NCBI RefSeq assembly: GCF_029264495.1
Contig: NZ_JARIBH010000007.1
Coordinates: 1,636 to 65,635 of the forward strand
Direction of reading: 5' to 3'
Length of the DNA: 64,000 nucleotides
DNA from: Peptacetobacter sp.
GTDB lineage: Bacteria; Bacillota; Clostridia; Peptostreptococcales; Peptostreptococcaceae
Shown: piece after piece, positions 1 to 10,286 of the stretch
Layout of the letters: each line of letters starts with the position of its first letter
Numbering within the stretch: the first letter of the stretch is position 1
Translations under genes and position numbers: made by a program
Notes under the pieces: model-generated
Told to the model about the DNA's origin: nothing
The model's database searches: none
What the model saw: only the letters and a program-made list of their open reading frames with translations

Positions 1-1
1 G

Positions 2-190
2 TCTAAAAAGGAAGCTATGTATGCATATAACTTTGAAGGAAGAAGATATGATGTAGGTGATAAGCTAGGTTTCCTTGAAGCAACAGTTGATTTTGCATTA
101 AAAAGAGATGAATTAAAAGATGGATTTATCGATTATTTAAGAGATGTTTGTAAAAAATACGATTCAAAAAATAAAAAAATCGAAAAATAG
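2..190 (+). CDS. galU: UTP--glucose-1-phosphate uridylyltransferase, 3' end only (gene starts before the window)
   Basis: Frame from nt 2 reads ...MYAYNFEGRRYDVGDKLGFLEATVDFALKRDEL...IEK*, the typical GalU C-terminal YAYxFEGxRYDxGxKLG segment. Stop TAG at 188-190. Confidence 0.85.
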   Translation, partial: SKKEAMYAYNFEGRRYDVGDKLGFLEATVDFALKRDELKDGFIDYLRDVCKKYDSKNKKIEK

Positions 191-265
191 ATAAAAAATA
201 ATAATTATATAGTATAATAGATAATTAAATATAATATATAACTCTAAAATAAAGGAGTGATAATA

Positions 266-370
266 TTGGCAAATAAAAAATTAATGACAAAAGTAATAGC
301 GATAGGTGCTGCTGGAGTAATGGTACTTACAAGTATAACAGTATTATTATCTTTGATAGCTGGGGTATAA
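266..370 (+). CDS. 34-aa single-TM small protein (not in ORF track)
   Basis: AAAGGAG RBS at 251-257, TTG start at 266: MANKKLMTKVIAIGAAGVMVLTSITVLLSLIAGV*. Basic N-terminus followed by one hydrophobic helix. Ends just before the rho RBS. Confidence 0.6.
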   Translation: MANKKLMTKVIAIGAAGVMVLTSITVLLSLIAGV

Positions 371-395
371 AAGCTATTAGAGAGGAGGTTTAAGA

Positions 396-1793
396 TTGAG
401 TATAGATATGCAGCTAGAATCAAAAACTCTTAATGAGCTTAGAGAGACTGCTAAAGAATTAGGTATAAAATCAGTTACAAAGTATAAAAAAATAGAGTTG
501 ATTGAAAAAATATTTGAAAAAGTAAGAAATGAAAAGAATCAAAATAATAATGAGGATATTGATTTAAATAAAGATGTAGATAATAATACTTTACAAAACA
601 AAAATCAAGAAAATTATTATAAAGTTAATAAAGATGATAGAAATTTAGATACAAAACTCAAAGAAGAATCAAAAAATCCTGAAGATGATAGAGAAGATGC
701 AGAAGGTGTTTTAGAAATGTTACCGGACGGATTTGGTTTTTTAAGGGGTTCTAATTATTTATCTACACCAAACGATATATATGTATCTCCTTCACAAATA
801 AGAAGATTTAATATGAAAACAGGAGATAAGATAAAAGGAATTACAAGATTACCCAAAAATGGAGAAAAATTTAGAGCATTAATCTATGTAAAAAAAATCA
901 ATGATGAAAATCCTGAAACATCTAAAAATAGAAGAAATTTTGAACTACTTACACCGATTTATCCTGATGAAAGACTTACTCTTGAAACTACACAAAGCAA
1001 TATAGCAACTAGATTGATAGATTTGATATCTCCAATAGGGAAAGGTCAGAGAGGTCTAATTGTTGCACCACCTAAAGCTGGAAAAACTATGCTTTTAAAG
1101 AGTATAGCAAATAGTATAACTAAAAATAATCCAGATGTAGAGCTAATAGTACTTCTTATAGATGAAAGACCAGAAGAAGTAACAGATATTAGAGAATCTA
1201 TTGATGGAGATGTAATATATTCTACATTTGATCAAGTTGCAAGCCATCATGTAAAAGTTGCTGAAATGGTTCTTAATAGAGCAGAAAGATTAGTTGAACA
1301 TGGTAAGGATGTTGTAATACTACTTGATAGTATAACTAGATTAGCTAGAGCATATAATCTTACTATATCTCCAACGGGAAGAACTCTTTCTGGAGGGATA
1401 GACCCAGGTGCTCTTCATGGCCCTAAGAAATTCTTTGGTGCAGCTAGAAACATAAGACAAGGTGGTTCTTTAACAATATTAGGTACAGCACTTGTTGAAA
1501 CTGGTTCTAGAATGGATGATGTAATATATGAAGAATTTAAAGGTACAGGAAATATGGAGCTCCATCTAGATAGAAAGTTAGCAGAAAAAAGAATTTATCC
1601 AGCAGTGGATATATATAAATCGGGAACAAGAAGAGAGGATCTACTACTTACAGATGAAGAAAAATCAGCTCTATGGCAACTTAGAAGACAGATGAGCAAC
1701 GAATCTGTATTAGAAGTTACAGATAAAGTATTAGAATTATTGAAAAGAACAAAGAATAATAGTGAATTTATAAGTATGTTAAAGTCATTATAA
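396..1793 (+). CDS. rho: Transcription termination factor Rho
   Basis: Rho_N helices, RNA-binding DGFGFLR, Walker [41 protein letters not shown] and TTG start. Confidence 0.98.
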   Translation: MSIDMQLESKTLNELRETAKELGIKSVTKYKKIELIEKIFEKVRNEKNQNNNEDIDLNKDVDNNTLQNKNQENYYKVNKDDRNLDTKLKEESKNPEDDREDAEGVLEMLPDGFGFLRGSNYLSTPNDIYVSPSQIRRFNMKTGDKIKGITRLPKNGEKFRALIYVKKINDENPETSKNRRNFELLTPIYPDERLTLETTQSNIATRLIDLISPIGKGQRGLIVAPPKAGKTMLLKSIANSITKNNPDVELIVLLIDERPEEVTDIRESIDGDVIYSTFDQVASHHVKVAEMVLNRAERLVEHGKDVVILLDSITRLARAYNLTISPTGRTLSGGIDPGALHGPKKFFGAARNIRQGGSLTILGTALVETGSRMDDVIYEEFKGTGNMELHLDRKLAEKRIYPAVDIYKSGTRREDLLLTDEEKSALWQLRRQMSNESVLEVTDKVLELLKRTKNNSEFISMLKSL

Positions 1794-1800
1794 AATCTTC

Positions 1801-1829
1801 TTGAATCATACGATTAGTTGTGTTATACT
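1801..1829 (+). promoter_or_regulatory. sigmaA promoter of rpmE
   Basis: TTGAAT-17bp-TATACT with TG extension (TGtTATACT). Confidence 0.65.
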
Positions 1830-1895
1830 AATGTAGTTGATATTGTAAAAGACAAGTTTACATACTTATTAAAAATAAAGAAAGAGGTGAAATAA

Positions 1896-2096
1896 ATGAA
1901 AAAAGATATACAGCCAAACTACAAACCAGTTGAAGTTAGATGTGCATGTGGAAATACTTTCACAGCTGGATCAACTAAGGACGAAATAAGAGTTGAAATA
2001 TGTTCTGAATGCCACCCATTCTATACTGGAAAACAGAAAAACATAGAAAAAGGTGGAAGAATCGACAAATTCAAAAAAAGATTCAACATGGAATAA
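1896..2096 (+). CDS. rpmE: 50S ribosomal protein L31, zinc-binding (C+) type
   Basis: MKKDIQP..CACG...[15 protein letters not shown]; all four Zn cysteines present. Confidence 0.97.
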   Translation: MKKDIQPNYKPVEVRCACGNTFTAGSTKDEIRVEICSECHPFYTGKQKNIEKGGRIDKFKKRFNME

Positions 2097-2120
2097 GAAT
2101 AATAGACATAGAGCTATCAG

Positions 2121-2185
2121 AAGGCAGATGTTTATATGTTTTCAATTTAAATTTGAAGATATATAAACATCTGCCTTTATTTTTA
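2121..2185 (+). terminator. Intrinsic terminator after rpmE
   Basis: Perfect 17-bp inverted repeat aaggcagatgtttatat (2121-2137) / atataaacatctgcctt (2161-2177), then a T-rich tail. Confidence 0.8.
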
Positions 2186-2271
2186 TTTATTTAAAATTAA
2201 TAAATAAATTAATAAAAAATAAAAAAACTTATGTTATAATACATTAAGATATATCATAAAGGGGGGATTTT

Positions 2272-3171
2272 ATGTCGTATAAAGCAGTTGGAGGACAAGC
2301 GGTTATAGAAGGTGTTATGATGCAGTCTGATAAGAAAAAGGCTATAGCTGTTAGAACCCCAAGTGGAGAAATTAAAGTGAAAACAAATCCTATAAACAGT
2401 TGGGTTAAAAATAAACATATAGATAAAATACCTTTTCTAAGGGGAATGTTTATTCTTATAGAAACCATGATAGATGGAATAAAAAGTCTAAATTATTCTT
2501 CAGATGTTTTTATACAAGAAACAGGAGAAGATGAAGAAGATGCGATAGATAAATTTATTAAAAAAATATTTGGAGATAGAGCAAATGATATATTAATAAT
2601 TATATCTATGATAATAGCGATAATTTTATCGGTTGGACTTTTTATAATGTTGCCTACTTTTATAGGAGGTATTTTTATAAAAATAACCGATAATAAAATA
2701 ATATTAAATCTGATAGAAGGAATTATAAGAATTTTAATATTATTTATGTATATATATTTAATATCTAAAAATAAAGATATAGAAAGAGTATACCAATATC
2801 ATGGAGCAGAACATAAAAGTATACATTGTTATGAAAGTGGAAAAGAACTTACTGTAGAAAATGCAAGGAAATTCAAACGATTACATCCTAGATGTGGTAC
2901 AAACTTTTTATTTATAGTAATGGCTACATCGATAATATTATTTGCATTTTTCGGTTGGCCAAATCCATTTTTAAGAATAGTTATGAGGATAGTATGTATA
3001 CCTATAGTAGCTGGAATTGCATATGAAATAATAAGATTGCTTGGGAAATATGATAATATAATTACAAAAATTATAGCTTATCCTGGGATGATGTTACAAT
3101 ATATGACAACAAAAGAACCAGATGATGAGCAATTAGAGGTTGCAATAGAATCATTAAAAGCAGTATTATAA
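2272..3171 (+). CDS. DUF1385 (YqhQ-like) membrane protein
   Basis: GGQAVIEGVMM, YHGAEHK, HPRCGTNF and TTKEPD motifs; usual position between rpmE and prmC. Confidence 0.9.
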   Translation: MSYKAVGGQAVIEGVMMQSDKKKAIAVRTPSGEIKVKTNPINSWVKNKHIDKIPFLRGMFILIETMIDGIKSLNYSSDVFIQETGEDEEDAIDKFIKKIFGDRANDILIIISMIIAIILSVGLFIMLPTFIGGIFIKITDNKIILNLIEGIIRILILFMYIYLISKNKDIERVYQYHGAEHKSIHCYESGKELTVENARKFKRLHPRCGTNFLFIVMATSIILFAFFGWPNPFLRIVMRIVCIPIVAGIAYEIIRLLGKYDNIITKIIAYPGMMLQYMTTKEPDDEQLEVAIESLKAVL

Positions 3172-3198
3172 TAACAAATAAAATATAAAGGTGATTTA

Positions 3199-4077
3199 AT
3201 GACTATAAGAGAGATTATTTTAAAATTTACAAATGAATTAAGTGACATAAGTGATACACCAAGATTAGATGTAGAAGTGATGCTTATGAATGTACTTGGA
3301 AAAGTAGATAAATTATATTTACACATGAATCTAAATAAAGAAATAGAAAAAGAATTATTAGAGAAACTTCAAAAAATGGTAAATGAAAGAAAATTAGGCA
3401 GACCAGTAGCATATATAGTTGGTAATAGAGAATTTATGGGACTTGATTTTTATGTACAAGAAGGAGTGCTTATTCCAAGACCAGATACAGAAATATTGGT
3501 AGAAGAAATTATAAATATTTGTGTAGAAGAAGAATATAGAAAAAAAGAAAGAATAGAAATTTTAGATATAGGAACAGGTTCAGGAGCGATAACTGTAAGT
3601 TTAGCACATTATATAAAAAATGGATTTTTGAAATCATTTGATATATCTGATATAGCTTTAAAAATAGGCAAAAAAAATGCAATAGATAATTCTGTTGAAG
3701 ATAAGATAGAATTTATAAAATCAGATGTATTTTCAGCTATGGAAGAAAAAGACTCTTTAAAGGAATTAAAATTTGATATAATAGTATCTAATCCTCCATA
3801 CATAAAAAAAGATGTAATACCAACTTTACACACACAAGTGAAAGATTTTGAGCCATATAATGCTTTAGAGGGTGGAGTAGATGGATTAGATTTTTATAGA
3901 AAAATAACAGAAGAATCTTCAAAATATATAAAAAAAGGTGGAGTTCTTGCATATGAAGTAGGACATGATCAAGCAGAAGATGTTTATAATATAATGAATA
4001 ATAATGGATTTGAAAAAATATATATAAAGAAGGATTTAGCTGGTATTGATAGAGTTGTTATAGGACTAAAACTATGA
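3199..4077 (+). CDS. prmC: Release factor glutamine methyltransferase
   Basis: VLIPRPDTE, SAM motif LDIGTGSG, SNPPY; adjacent to prfA. Confidence 0.95.
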   Translation: MTIREIILKFTNELSDISDTPRLDVEVMLMNVLGKVDKLYLHMNLNKEIEKELLEKLQKMVNERKLGRPVAYIVGNREFMGLDFYVQEGVLIPRPDTEILVEEIINICVEEEYRKKERIEILDIGTGSGAITVSLAHYIKNGFLKSFDISDIALKIGKKNAIDNSVEDKIEFIKSDVFSAMEEKDSLKELKFDIIVSNPPYIKKDVIPTLHTQVKDFEPYNALEGGVDGLDFYRKITEESSKYIKKGGVLAYEVGHDQAEDVYNIMNNNGFEKIYIKKDLAGIDRVVIGLKL

Positions 4078-4129
4078 TATAATGATAAATTGACGGAATA
4101 CGAGAATAATTGATGAGGTGAATATATAA

Positions 4130-5194
4130 ATGCTAAAAAAATTAGGTGTATTAGAAGATACATATAAAGATTTAACAGAAAAAATATCTGATCCAGAAAT
4201 AATAAATGATCAGAAAGTTTGGCAAAAGTACATGAAAGAACATGCAGATTTAGAGCCAATTATAATGAAATACAGAGAATACAAAACTGTATTAGACAGT
4301 ATTGCTGAATCTAAAGAAATTCTTCAAGAAGAATCAGATGAAGAATTAAGAGAATTAGCAAAAATGGAATTATCTGAAATGGAGTGTCAAGTAGAACCAT
4401 TAGAAGATGAGTTAAAATTACTTTTAGTTCCAAAAGACCCTAACGATGAAAAGAACGTTATAGTTGAAATAAGAGGTGGAGCAGGTGGAGATGAAGCTGC
4501 TTTATTTGCTGGGGACTTATTAAGAATGTATTCAAGATATGCAGAAAGAAGAGGATGGAAAGTATCTATGCTTAGTGCCAATGAAACTGGTGTTGGTGGA
4601 TACAAAGAGGTTTCATTCATGATAAAAGGTAAAGGTGCATATTCTAGATTAAAATATGAATCAGGTGTTCATAGAGTTCAGAGAATACCTTCTACTGAAT
4701 CAGGTGGTAGAATACATACTTCTACAGCGACAGTTGCTGTTTTACCAGAAGTAGAAGATGTAGAAGTAGAAATTAATGATAATGATATAAGAATAGATGT
4801 TTTCAGAGCTTCTGGAAATGGTGGTCAGTGTGTCAATACTACTGACTCAGCTGTAAGAATAACACATTTACCAACAGGTGAAGTTGTATCTTGTCAGGAT
4901 GAAAAATCACAGCTTAAAAATAAAGAAAAAGCAATGAAAGTTTTAAAAGCTAGACTTTACGATAGAGCTCTTGCAGATCAGCAAAAAGAAATATCAGCAG
5001 AAAGAAAAAGTCAGGTTGGTACTGGAGATAGATCTGAAAGAATAAGAACTTATAATTTCCCTCAAGGAAGAATAAGTGACCATAGAATAAATCTTACTCT
5101 ATATAAATTAGATTCATTCCTTGATGGAGATATAGATGAGATGATAGATGCTTTAATAACTGTTGATCAAACTGAAAAAATGACAGCTATATAA
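4130..5194 (+). CDS. prfA: Peptide chain release factor 1
   Basis: GGQ motif, RF1-type PxT (PST), [16 protein letters not shown]. Confidence 0.98.
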   Translation: MLKKLGVLEDTYKDLTEKISDPEIINDQKVWQKYMKEHADLEPIIMKYREYKTVLDSIAESKEILQEESDEELRELAKMELSEMECQVEPLEDELKLLLVPKDPNDEKNVIVEIRGGAGGDEAALFAGDLLRMYSRYAERRGWKVSMLSANETGVGGYKEVSFMIKGKGAYSRLKYESGVHRVQRIPSTESGGRIHTSTATVAVLPEVEDVEVEINDNDIRIDVFRASGNGGQCVNTTDSAVRITHLPTGEVVSCQDEKSQLKNKEKAMKVLKARLYDRALADQQKEISAERKSQVGTGDRSERIRTYNFPQGRISDHRINLTLYKLDSFLDGDIDEMIDALITVDQTEKMTAI

Positions 5195-5243
5195 TTTAAT
5201 ATTATAAAAATAAAATAATATTTATTAGAAATTTGATGTAAAT

Positions 5244-5288
5244 AAAAGTGTCTTATTGGAATTAACTTCGAAATGAGACACTTTTTTT
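5244..5288 (+). terminator. Intrinsic terminator after prfA
   Basis: aaaagtgtcttatt / aatgagacactttt stem (one G-U) followed by a T run. Confidence 0.7.
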
Positions 5289-5332
5289 AGATATTTTTAT
5301 TTGATTATTAAGTAATAAAGGGGGAAAAAATT

Positions 5333-6016
5333 TTGATTATAAAAATAACTCTTATTGGGTTGATTATAGGAGTAATTGGAACAGGAATAGGTGGAATTCT
5401 TGCTGTAATATTTAATGAAAAAGCTTCTAAGTATATGAAATTTTTTATGGGATTATCTGGAGGGATAATGCTTTCAATAGTATCGTTTGATTTGATACCA
5501 GAAGCCACAGAGAGTATAGGGTTAACAAAATCGATACTATTAATTTTAATAGGAGCAGTATTAACAAAAATTATCAAAGAAAAAGTTAAGATTAATGGTG
5601 AAAATTCATCTGGATATTTAATGCTTCTAAGTATAATAATGCATAATTTACCAGAAGGACTTGCAATAGGAACAACTTTTTTAGCAGAACCAAAACGGGG
5701 AATTGCTATGGCAACAGCAATTGGTATACACAATTTACCAGAAGGATTAGCATTGGCACTTGGATTTATATGTAATAAAGCAAATAGAAAAAAAGCAATT
5801 ATAATGTCTATGATTGCCGGACTTCCAATAGCTGTTGGCTGCTTTGTTGGAGCAGCTTTTGGTAGTATTTTTGTTTCTATTACAGGAATATTATTATCTT
5901 TAGCAGCAGGAATGATGCTTTATGTAGTTTTAGATGAAATGATTCCAGAGTCAAAAAGTATATATACTATAGTAGGATTTTTAATAGGAATTATTATAGT
6001 CAATATGGTGATATAG
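5333..6016 (+). CDS. ZIP-family (ZupT/GufA-like) metal transporter
   Basis: Two HNLPEG motifs and about 8 hydrophobic segments; TTG start after GGGGA RBS. Confidence 0.85.
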   Translation: MIIKITLIGLIIGVIGTGIGGILAVIFNEKASKYMKFFMGLSGGIMLSIVSFDLIPEATESIGLTKSILLILIGAVLTKIIKEKVKINGENSSGYLMLLSIIMHNLPEGLAIGTTFLAEPKRGIAMATAIGIHNLPEGLALALGFICNKANRKKAIIMSMIAGLPIAVGCFVGAAFGSIFVSITGILLSLAAGMMLYVVLDEMIPESKSIYTIVGFLIGIIIVNMVI

Positions 6017-6058
6017 ATTTATAACTTAAATAAATTATAAAAGAAAGTTGGTAGATTT

Positions 6059-7117
6059 ATGGAAACAGTTATAAGAAAGATAGATGAAAATAATATAGAT
6101 ATAAATGTAATAAAAGAAATGGCTGAAAAGATAAAAAATGGAAAAACTGTTATATTTCCAACTGAAACAGTATATGGATTAGGTGCAGATGCCATGAATG
6201 AAGATGCCACAAAAAAGATATATGAAGCAAAAGGTCGTCCAAGCGATAATCCATTAATAGTTCATATAGCAGATATTAAAGATGTTGAAAAAATAGCTCT
6301 TGAAATAGGAGAAAAAGCGAAAATTGCAATGGAAAAATTTTGGCCAGGACCACTTACTATAATATTAAAGAAAAAAGATATTGTACCAAATGTGACTAGT
6401 GGTGGTTTAGAAACAGTTGCTATAAGAATGCCTTCAAATAAAATTGCAAATGCATTAATAAAAGAATCTAAAACACAAATAGCAGCACCTTCAGCAAATA
6501 TTTCAGGAAGACCATCTCCTACTAAGGCAGAACATGTTGTAAAAGAGATGGATGGAAGAGTATCAGGTATAATAATGGGTGGAGATTGTAATTTCGGACT
6601 TGAATCTACAGTTGTAGATTTTACAGAAGAAATACCCATGATATTAAGACCTGGAAGTATAACTAAAGAAATGCTAGAAGAAGTTTTAGGAAAAGTTGAA
6701 ATAGATCCATCTTTAAGTAAAAAAGAAGATAATAAAAAAGCAAAAGCACCTGGAATGAAATACAAACACTATTCTCCAAATGCACAAGTATATATAGTAA
6801 AAGGTGAAGAAAATAAAGTAGTGAAAAAAATGAATGAATTATACTTAAAAAATCATGCAGAATCAAAAAAAACTGGCATAATGTGTATGCATAAAGATAT
6901 TGATAAATTTAACTGCGAAAAGGTTATAGATTTAGGGGAAACATATGAAGAAGTAGCATCAAATTTATTTGCTGCACTTATAAAGATGGATGAATATGAA
7001 ATGGATATTGTATACTCAGTCAGTTTTGAAAATTATGGAGTTGGACAGGCAATAATGAACAGACTATTAAAATCTGCTGCATATAAAGTAATTGATGCAG
7101 ATGAAACTATTTTGTAA
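6059..7117 (+). CDS. sua5: L-threonylcarbamoyladenylate synthase (Sua5/YwlC type)
   Basis: FPTETVYGLGA, KGRPSDNPLIVH, AAPSANISG, plus C-terminal SUA5 domain (APGMKYKHYSP). Confidence 0.95.
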   Translation: METVIRKIDENNIDINVIKEMAEKIKNGKTVIFPTETVYGLGADAMNEDATKKIYEAKGRPSDNPLIVHIADIKDVEKIALEIGEKAKIAMEKFWPGPLTIILKKKDIVPNVTSGGLETVAIRMPSNKIANALIKESKTQIAAPSANISGRPSPTKAEHVVKEMDGRVSGIIMGGDCNFGLESTVVDFTEEIPMILRPGSITKEMLEEVLGKVEIDPSLSKKEDNKKAKAPGMKYKHYSPNAQVYIVKGEENKVVKKMNELYLKNHAESKKTGIMCMHKDIDKFNCEKVIDLGETYEEVASNLFAALIKMDEYEMDIVYSVSFENYGVGQAIMNRLLKSAAYKVIDADETIL

Positions 7118-7205
7118 TATACTATAAAATAAATTATGTTATAATTAAATAGTAAAGTCTATAAAATACAAATGTAAAAAATTACATCGATATGGAGGAT
7201 TTAAA

Positions 7206-7658
7206 ATGAAAATAGCATTAGCTTGTGACCATGGTGGTTATGATTTAAAAGTAGCTATAATAGCTCATCTTAAAGAAAGAGGTATAGAAGTAATAGATCT
7301 TGGAACAAATAATGGTACAGATTCTGTTAACTACCCAGAATATGGAGAAGCAGCAGCACTAAAAGTTGCTAATGGGGAAGCAGATTGCGGTATAGTTGTT
7401 TGTGGAACAGGAATAGGAATATCTTTAGCAGCAAATAAAGTTCCAGGAATAAGATGTGCTGTAGTAAGTGATACTTTCTCAGCTAGAATGACAAAAGCTC
7501 ATAATAATGCAAATATGCTTGCTATGGGTGGAAGAGTAGTAGGAGTAGGATTAGCACTTGATATAGTAGATGCATACCTTGATACAGAATTTGAAGGTGG
7601 AAGACATCAAAAAAGAATAGATATGTTAATGGATATAGAAAAAAAATACACAAAATAA
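7206..7658 (+). CDS. rpiB: Ribose-5-phosphate isomerase B
   Basis: ACDHGG, VCGTGIG, HNNAN, FEGGRH motifs. Confidence 0.95.
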   Translation: MKIALACDHGGYDLKVAIIAHLKERGIEVIDLGTNNGTDSVNYPEYGEAAALKVANGEADCGIVVCGTGIGISLAANKVPGIRCAVVSDTFSARMTKAHNNANMLAMGGRVVGVGLALDIVDAYLDTEFEGGRHQKRIDMLMDIEKKYTK

Positions 7659-7702
7659 ATCAATAAAAAAACTGCCTTTTTAAAGGCAGTTTTTTTATTG
7701 AT
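7659..7702. terminator. Long perfect hairpin terminator after rpiB
   Basis: 21-bp perfect inverted repeat atcaataaaaaaactgccttt-tt-aaaggcagtttttttattgat with A and T tracts on both sides. Confidence 0.9.
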
Positions 7703-7872
7703 AATTTAACAAATAAAGTAATTCTATTTGTTTCATCGTAGTATTTTATATAATAAATTTTAAATATAATTTACTTAACGATAAAAACTAATAATGCATA
7801 TATAAGAAAAATAGTATAATATAAACATATGACTTGATGATACAATAAATAATGGAAGAAGAGGTGCAATAT

Positions 7873-8322
7873 ATGAGACCATCTTGGGATGAATATTTTA
7901 TGGAAATAGCAGAAGTAGTAAAAAAAAGGTCTACATGCATAAGAAGACAAGTAGGAGCAATTATTGTAAAAGATAAACAAATTCTTACGACAGGATACAA
8001 TGGTGCTCCTAAAAATTTAGAACATTGTCAGAATATAGGATGTAAGAGACAGGAAATGAATATTCCATCTGGAGAAAGACATGAACTTTGTAGAGCATTG
8101 CATGCAGAACAAAATGCTATAATACAAGCTGCATATAATGGTGTAAGTATAAAAGATGCCACACTTTATGTAACAACAAGACCTTGTGTTTTATGTGCTA
8201 AGATGTGTATAAATGCAGGGATTAAAAAAATAATTTATAAGGGTGATTATCCGGATGAATTATCATCTGTTTTATTAAAAGAAGCAAATGTAGAAATGGT
8301 AAAATATCCAGAAGAATTATAA
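7873..8322 (+). CDS. dCMP deaminase family protein
   Basis: RPSWDEYFM start (RBS GAGGTG; ORF-track start at 7852 is probably too long), HAEQNA and PCVLC zinc deaminase motifs. Confidence 0.85.
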   Translation: MRPSWDEYFMEIAEVVKKRSTCIRRQVGAIIVKDKQILTTGYNGAPKNLEHCQNIGCKRQEMNIPSGERHELCRALHAEQNAIIQAAYNGVSIKDATLYVTTRPCVLCAKMCINAGIKKIIYKGDYPDELSSVLLKEANVEMVKYPEEL

Positions 8323-8679
8323 TATATTTAATATATCAATTATTGAAAATACATTAAAATATTTTTATATCTATAAAAAAATATTTTTGATGAAAATGAG
8401 AAAAATTTTAAATTAGATAGAATTTAGTTTGAAATTTCTTTGAAAATAAATTAATACTCTTGATAACTTAAAAAAAATATTCTATAATAAGTTAGTTTTC
8501 AAGAAGGTATATTCACAAATATGAAAAAAATAAATATTTTTTTTCAAAAAATATAAAAAATAATCTTGAATATTTAAAAATAAATTGTAAAATAAGATAT
8601 AAAATATATTAAATCTATTTTAGTTTAATTAATAAATAAAGCAATGAATTTAGAAGGAGCTTTAAAAGGATGTGATTTT

Positions 8680-9111
8680 ATGGATAAGAATATAATAAAA
8701 CAGATTAAAGCTGTTGTAAAAGGAATAGTAATTTTTGACATAGTAGTAATTATAGCTTTAGGAGTACATTCTAAAATAGCTCCAGAAGGAAATACTATTA
8801 TCAATAATGCTTTAAATTTAAATATTGCAGCTGTACTAGGGCTTTTAATAGGTAGTTTGGTTTCAATATTTAATTTTTATATGCTTGCATCATCAACAGA
8901 AAATATGGTGAATCAAGCAGGAAAAACAATGGTCCAATTAAAATTTGTTGGAGGATATTTTCTTCGATTTATGATATATGCTGTTGTATTATTTATATCA
9001 GCAAAATTGGACTCAATAAGCATGTTTACTGCAGTATTAGGACTTTTGAGTACACAAATAGTTTTATTAGTACAGAAAACAGCGGCTATTTTTATGAGAA
9101 AGGAGGCATAA
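8680..9111 (+). CDS. atpI: ATP synthase protein I
   Basis: Hydrophobic ~143-aa ORF first in the atp operon, with YFLRF motif. ATG 8680 follows AAAGGA. Confidence 0.75.
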   Translation: MDKNIIKQIKAVVKGIVIFDIVVIIALGVHSKIAPEGNTIINNALNLNIAAVLGLLIGSLVSIFNFYMLASSTENMVNQAGKTMVQLKFVGGYFLRFMIYAVVLFISAKLDSISMFTAVLGLLSTQIVLLVQKTAAIFMRKEA

Positions 9112-9114
9112 TGG

Positions 9115-9879
9115 ATGAATACACAGGCAAGATGGTTAGTAAATATTCATGGATTTAGAATAAGTGAAACAGTAATAGTTAGTTGGTTAATAATTGCAGG
9201 TCTTGCCCTAGCATCGTATTTTTTAACTAGAAATCTAAAAAAGATTCCAGAAAGTAAAGTTCAGGTATTCCTCGAATATGCTGTTCTCAAACTTTATAAT
9301 CTAGTCGAGACTACGATGGGAAAAGAGTTAGTTGAAAGGATACCGAATATAGTTCCTTACATAGGAAGTTTATTCATGTACTTTTTATGCTCAAATTTAG
9401 TTCCATTATTAGGTCTTAGATCGCCTACAGTTGATTTAGATACAACATTAGCATTATCAACTATAACAATTGTATTGATATATGCAGTATCTATAAGATT
9501 TAATGGTGGAGCATGCTTCAAAGATATGATAGAACCAACACCAATATTATTGCCAATAAACTTAGTTGGAGAGATAGCGAGACCTATTTCGTTGAGTTTC
9601 CGTCCATTTGGTAATATTTTAGGTGGAACACTTATAATGATGTTATTCTATCAGCTTATGGGATTTCTTTCTACACTAATACCTGGGGTGAATATACCTT
9701 TTGCACAATTTTTAGTGCCAGTACCACTTCATTTATACTTTGATATATTTGCAGGTACAATACAAGCATTTATATTTATAATGCTAACAATGGTATTTAT
9801 AAGTAACTCAGTAGATATTGGTTTATTAAAAGAAAGAGAATCTAAAAAATTAAAAAATAAAAATGCAAAACATGCATAG
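9115..9879 (+). CDS. atpB: F0 subunit a
   Basis: PTVDLDTT, RPISLSFR(P)FGN stator-Arg helix, IQAFIFIML. Confidence 0.95.
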   Translation: MNTQARWLVNIHGFRISETVIVSWLIIAGLALASYFLTRNLKKIPESKVQVFLEYAVLKLYNLVETTMGKELVERIPNIVPYIGSLFMYFLCSNLVPLLGLRSPTVDLDTTLALSTITIVLIYAVSIRFNGGACFKDMIEPTPILLPINLVGEIARPISLSFRPFGNILGGTLIMMLFYQLMGFLSTLIPGVNIPFAQFLVPVPLHLYFDIFAGTIQAFIFIMLTMVFISNSVDIGLLKERESKKLKNKNAKHA

Positions 9880-9978
9880 TGTAAAAAATATATGAAATTA
9901 AGTTTGAAAAATTGACTAAAAAATGTCAATAAAAAGTTTAGATAAAAATAAAAGGTGAAATCAGAGGAGGAAATTATT

Positions 9979-10230
9979 ATGGATATGGCTACAGCAATAG
10001 CAGTTGCAGGATCAGCAATAGGAGCAGGTATAGCAGTATTTACAGGTATAGGAGCAGGTTTAGGTCAAGGTTACGCAGCAGGTAAACTAGCAGAAGCAGT
10101 TGGTAATCAACCAGAAGCTAAAAGTGAAATAATGTCTTCATTTATAGTAGGTGCAGCAATAGCAGAATCAACAGCTATATACGGACTTATAATAGCAATA
10201 ATCCTTATATTCGTTAACCCATGGTTATAA
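9979..10230 (+). CDS. atpE: F0 subunit c, Na+-binding signature
   Basis: ATG 9979 after GAGGAGG; GxGxGxG helix; Q30, E63, S64, T65, Y68. Confidence 0.95.
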   Translation: MDMATAIAVAGSAIGAGIAVFTGIGAGLGQGYAAGKLAEAVGNQPEAKSEIMSSFIVGAAIAESTAIYGLIIAIILIFVNPWL

Positions 10231-10286
10231 AATAATAGAGTAATTTATATACTGTGATTATTTTCACAAAATAGGAGGTATAGAGT

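Noticed and set aside
1896-2096. L31 as a zinc-sparing paralogue
   Set aside because: It has all four Cys and normal length; this is the ordinary C+ form.
8323-8643. Rex box or small atpZ ORF upstream of atpI
   Set aside because: Only a TTCACAA half-site without a matching arm, and no ORF with an RBS.
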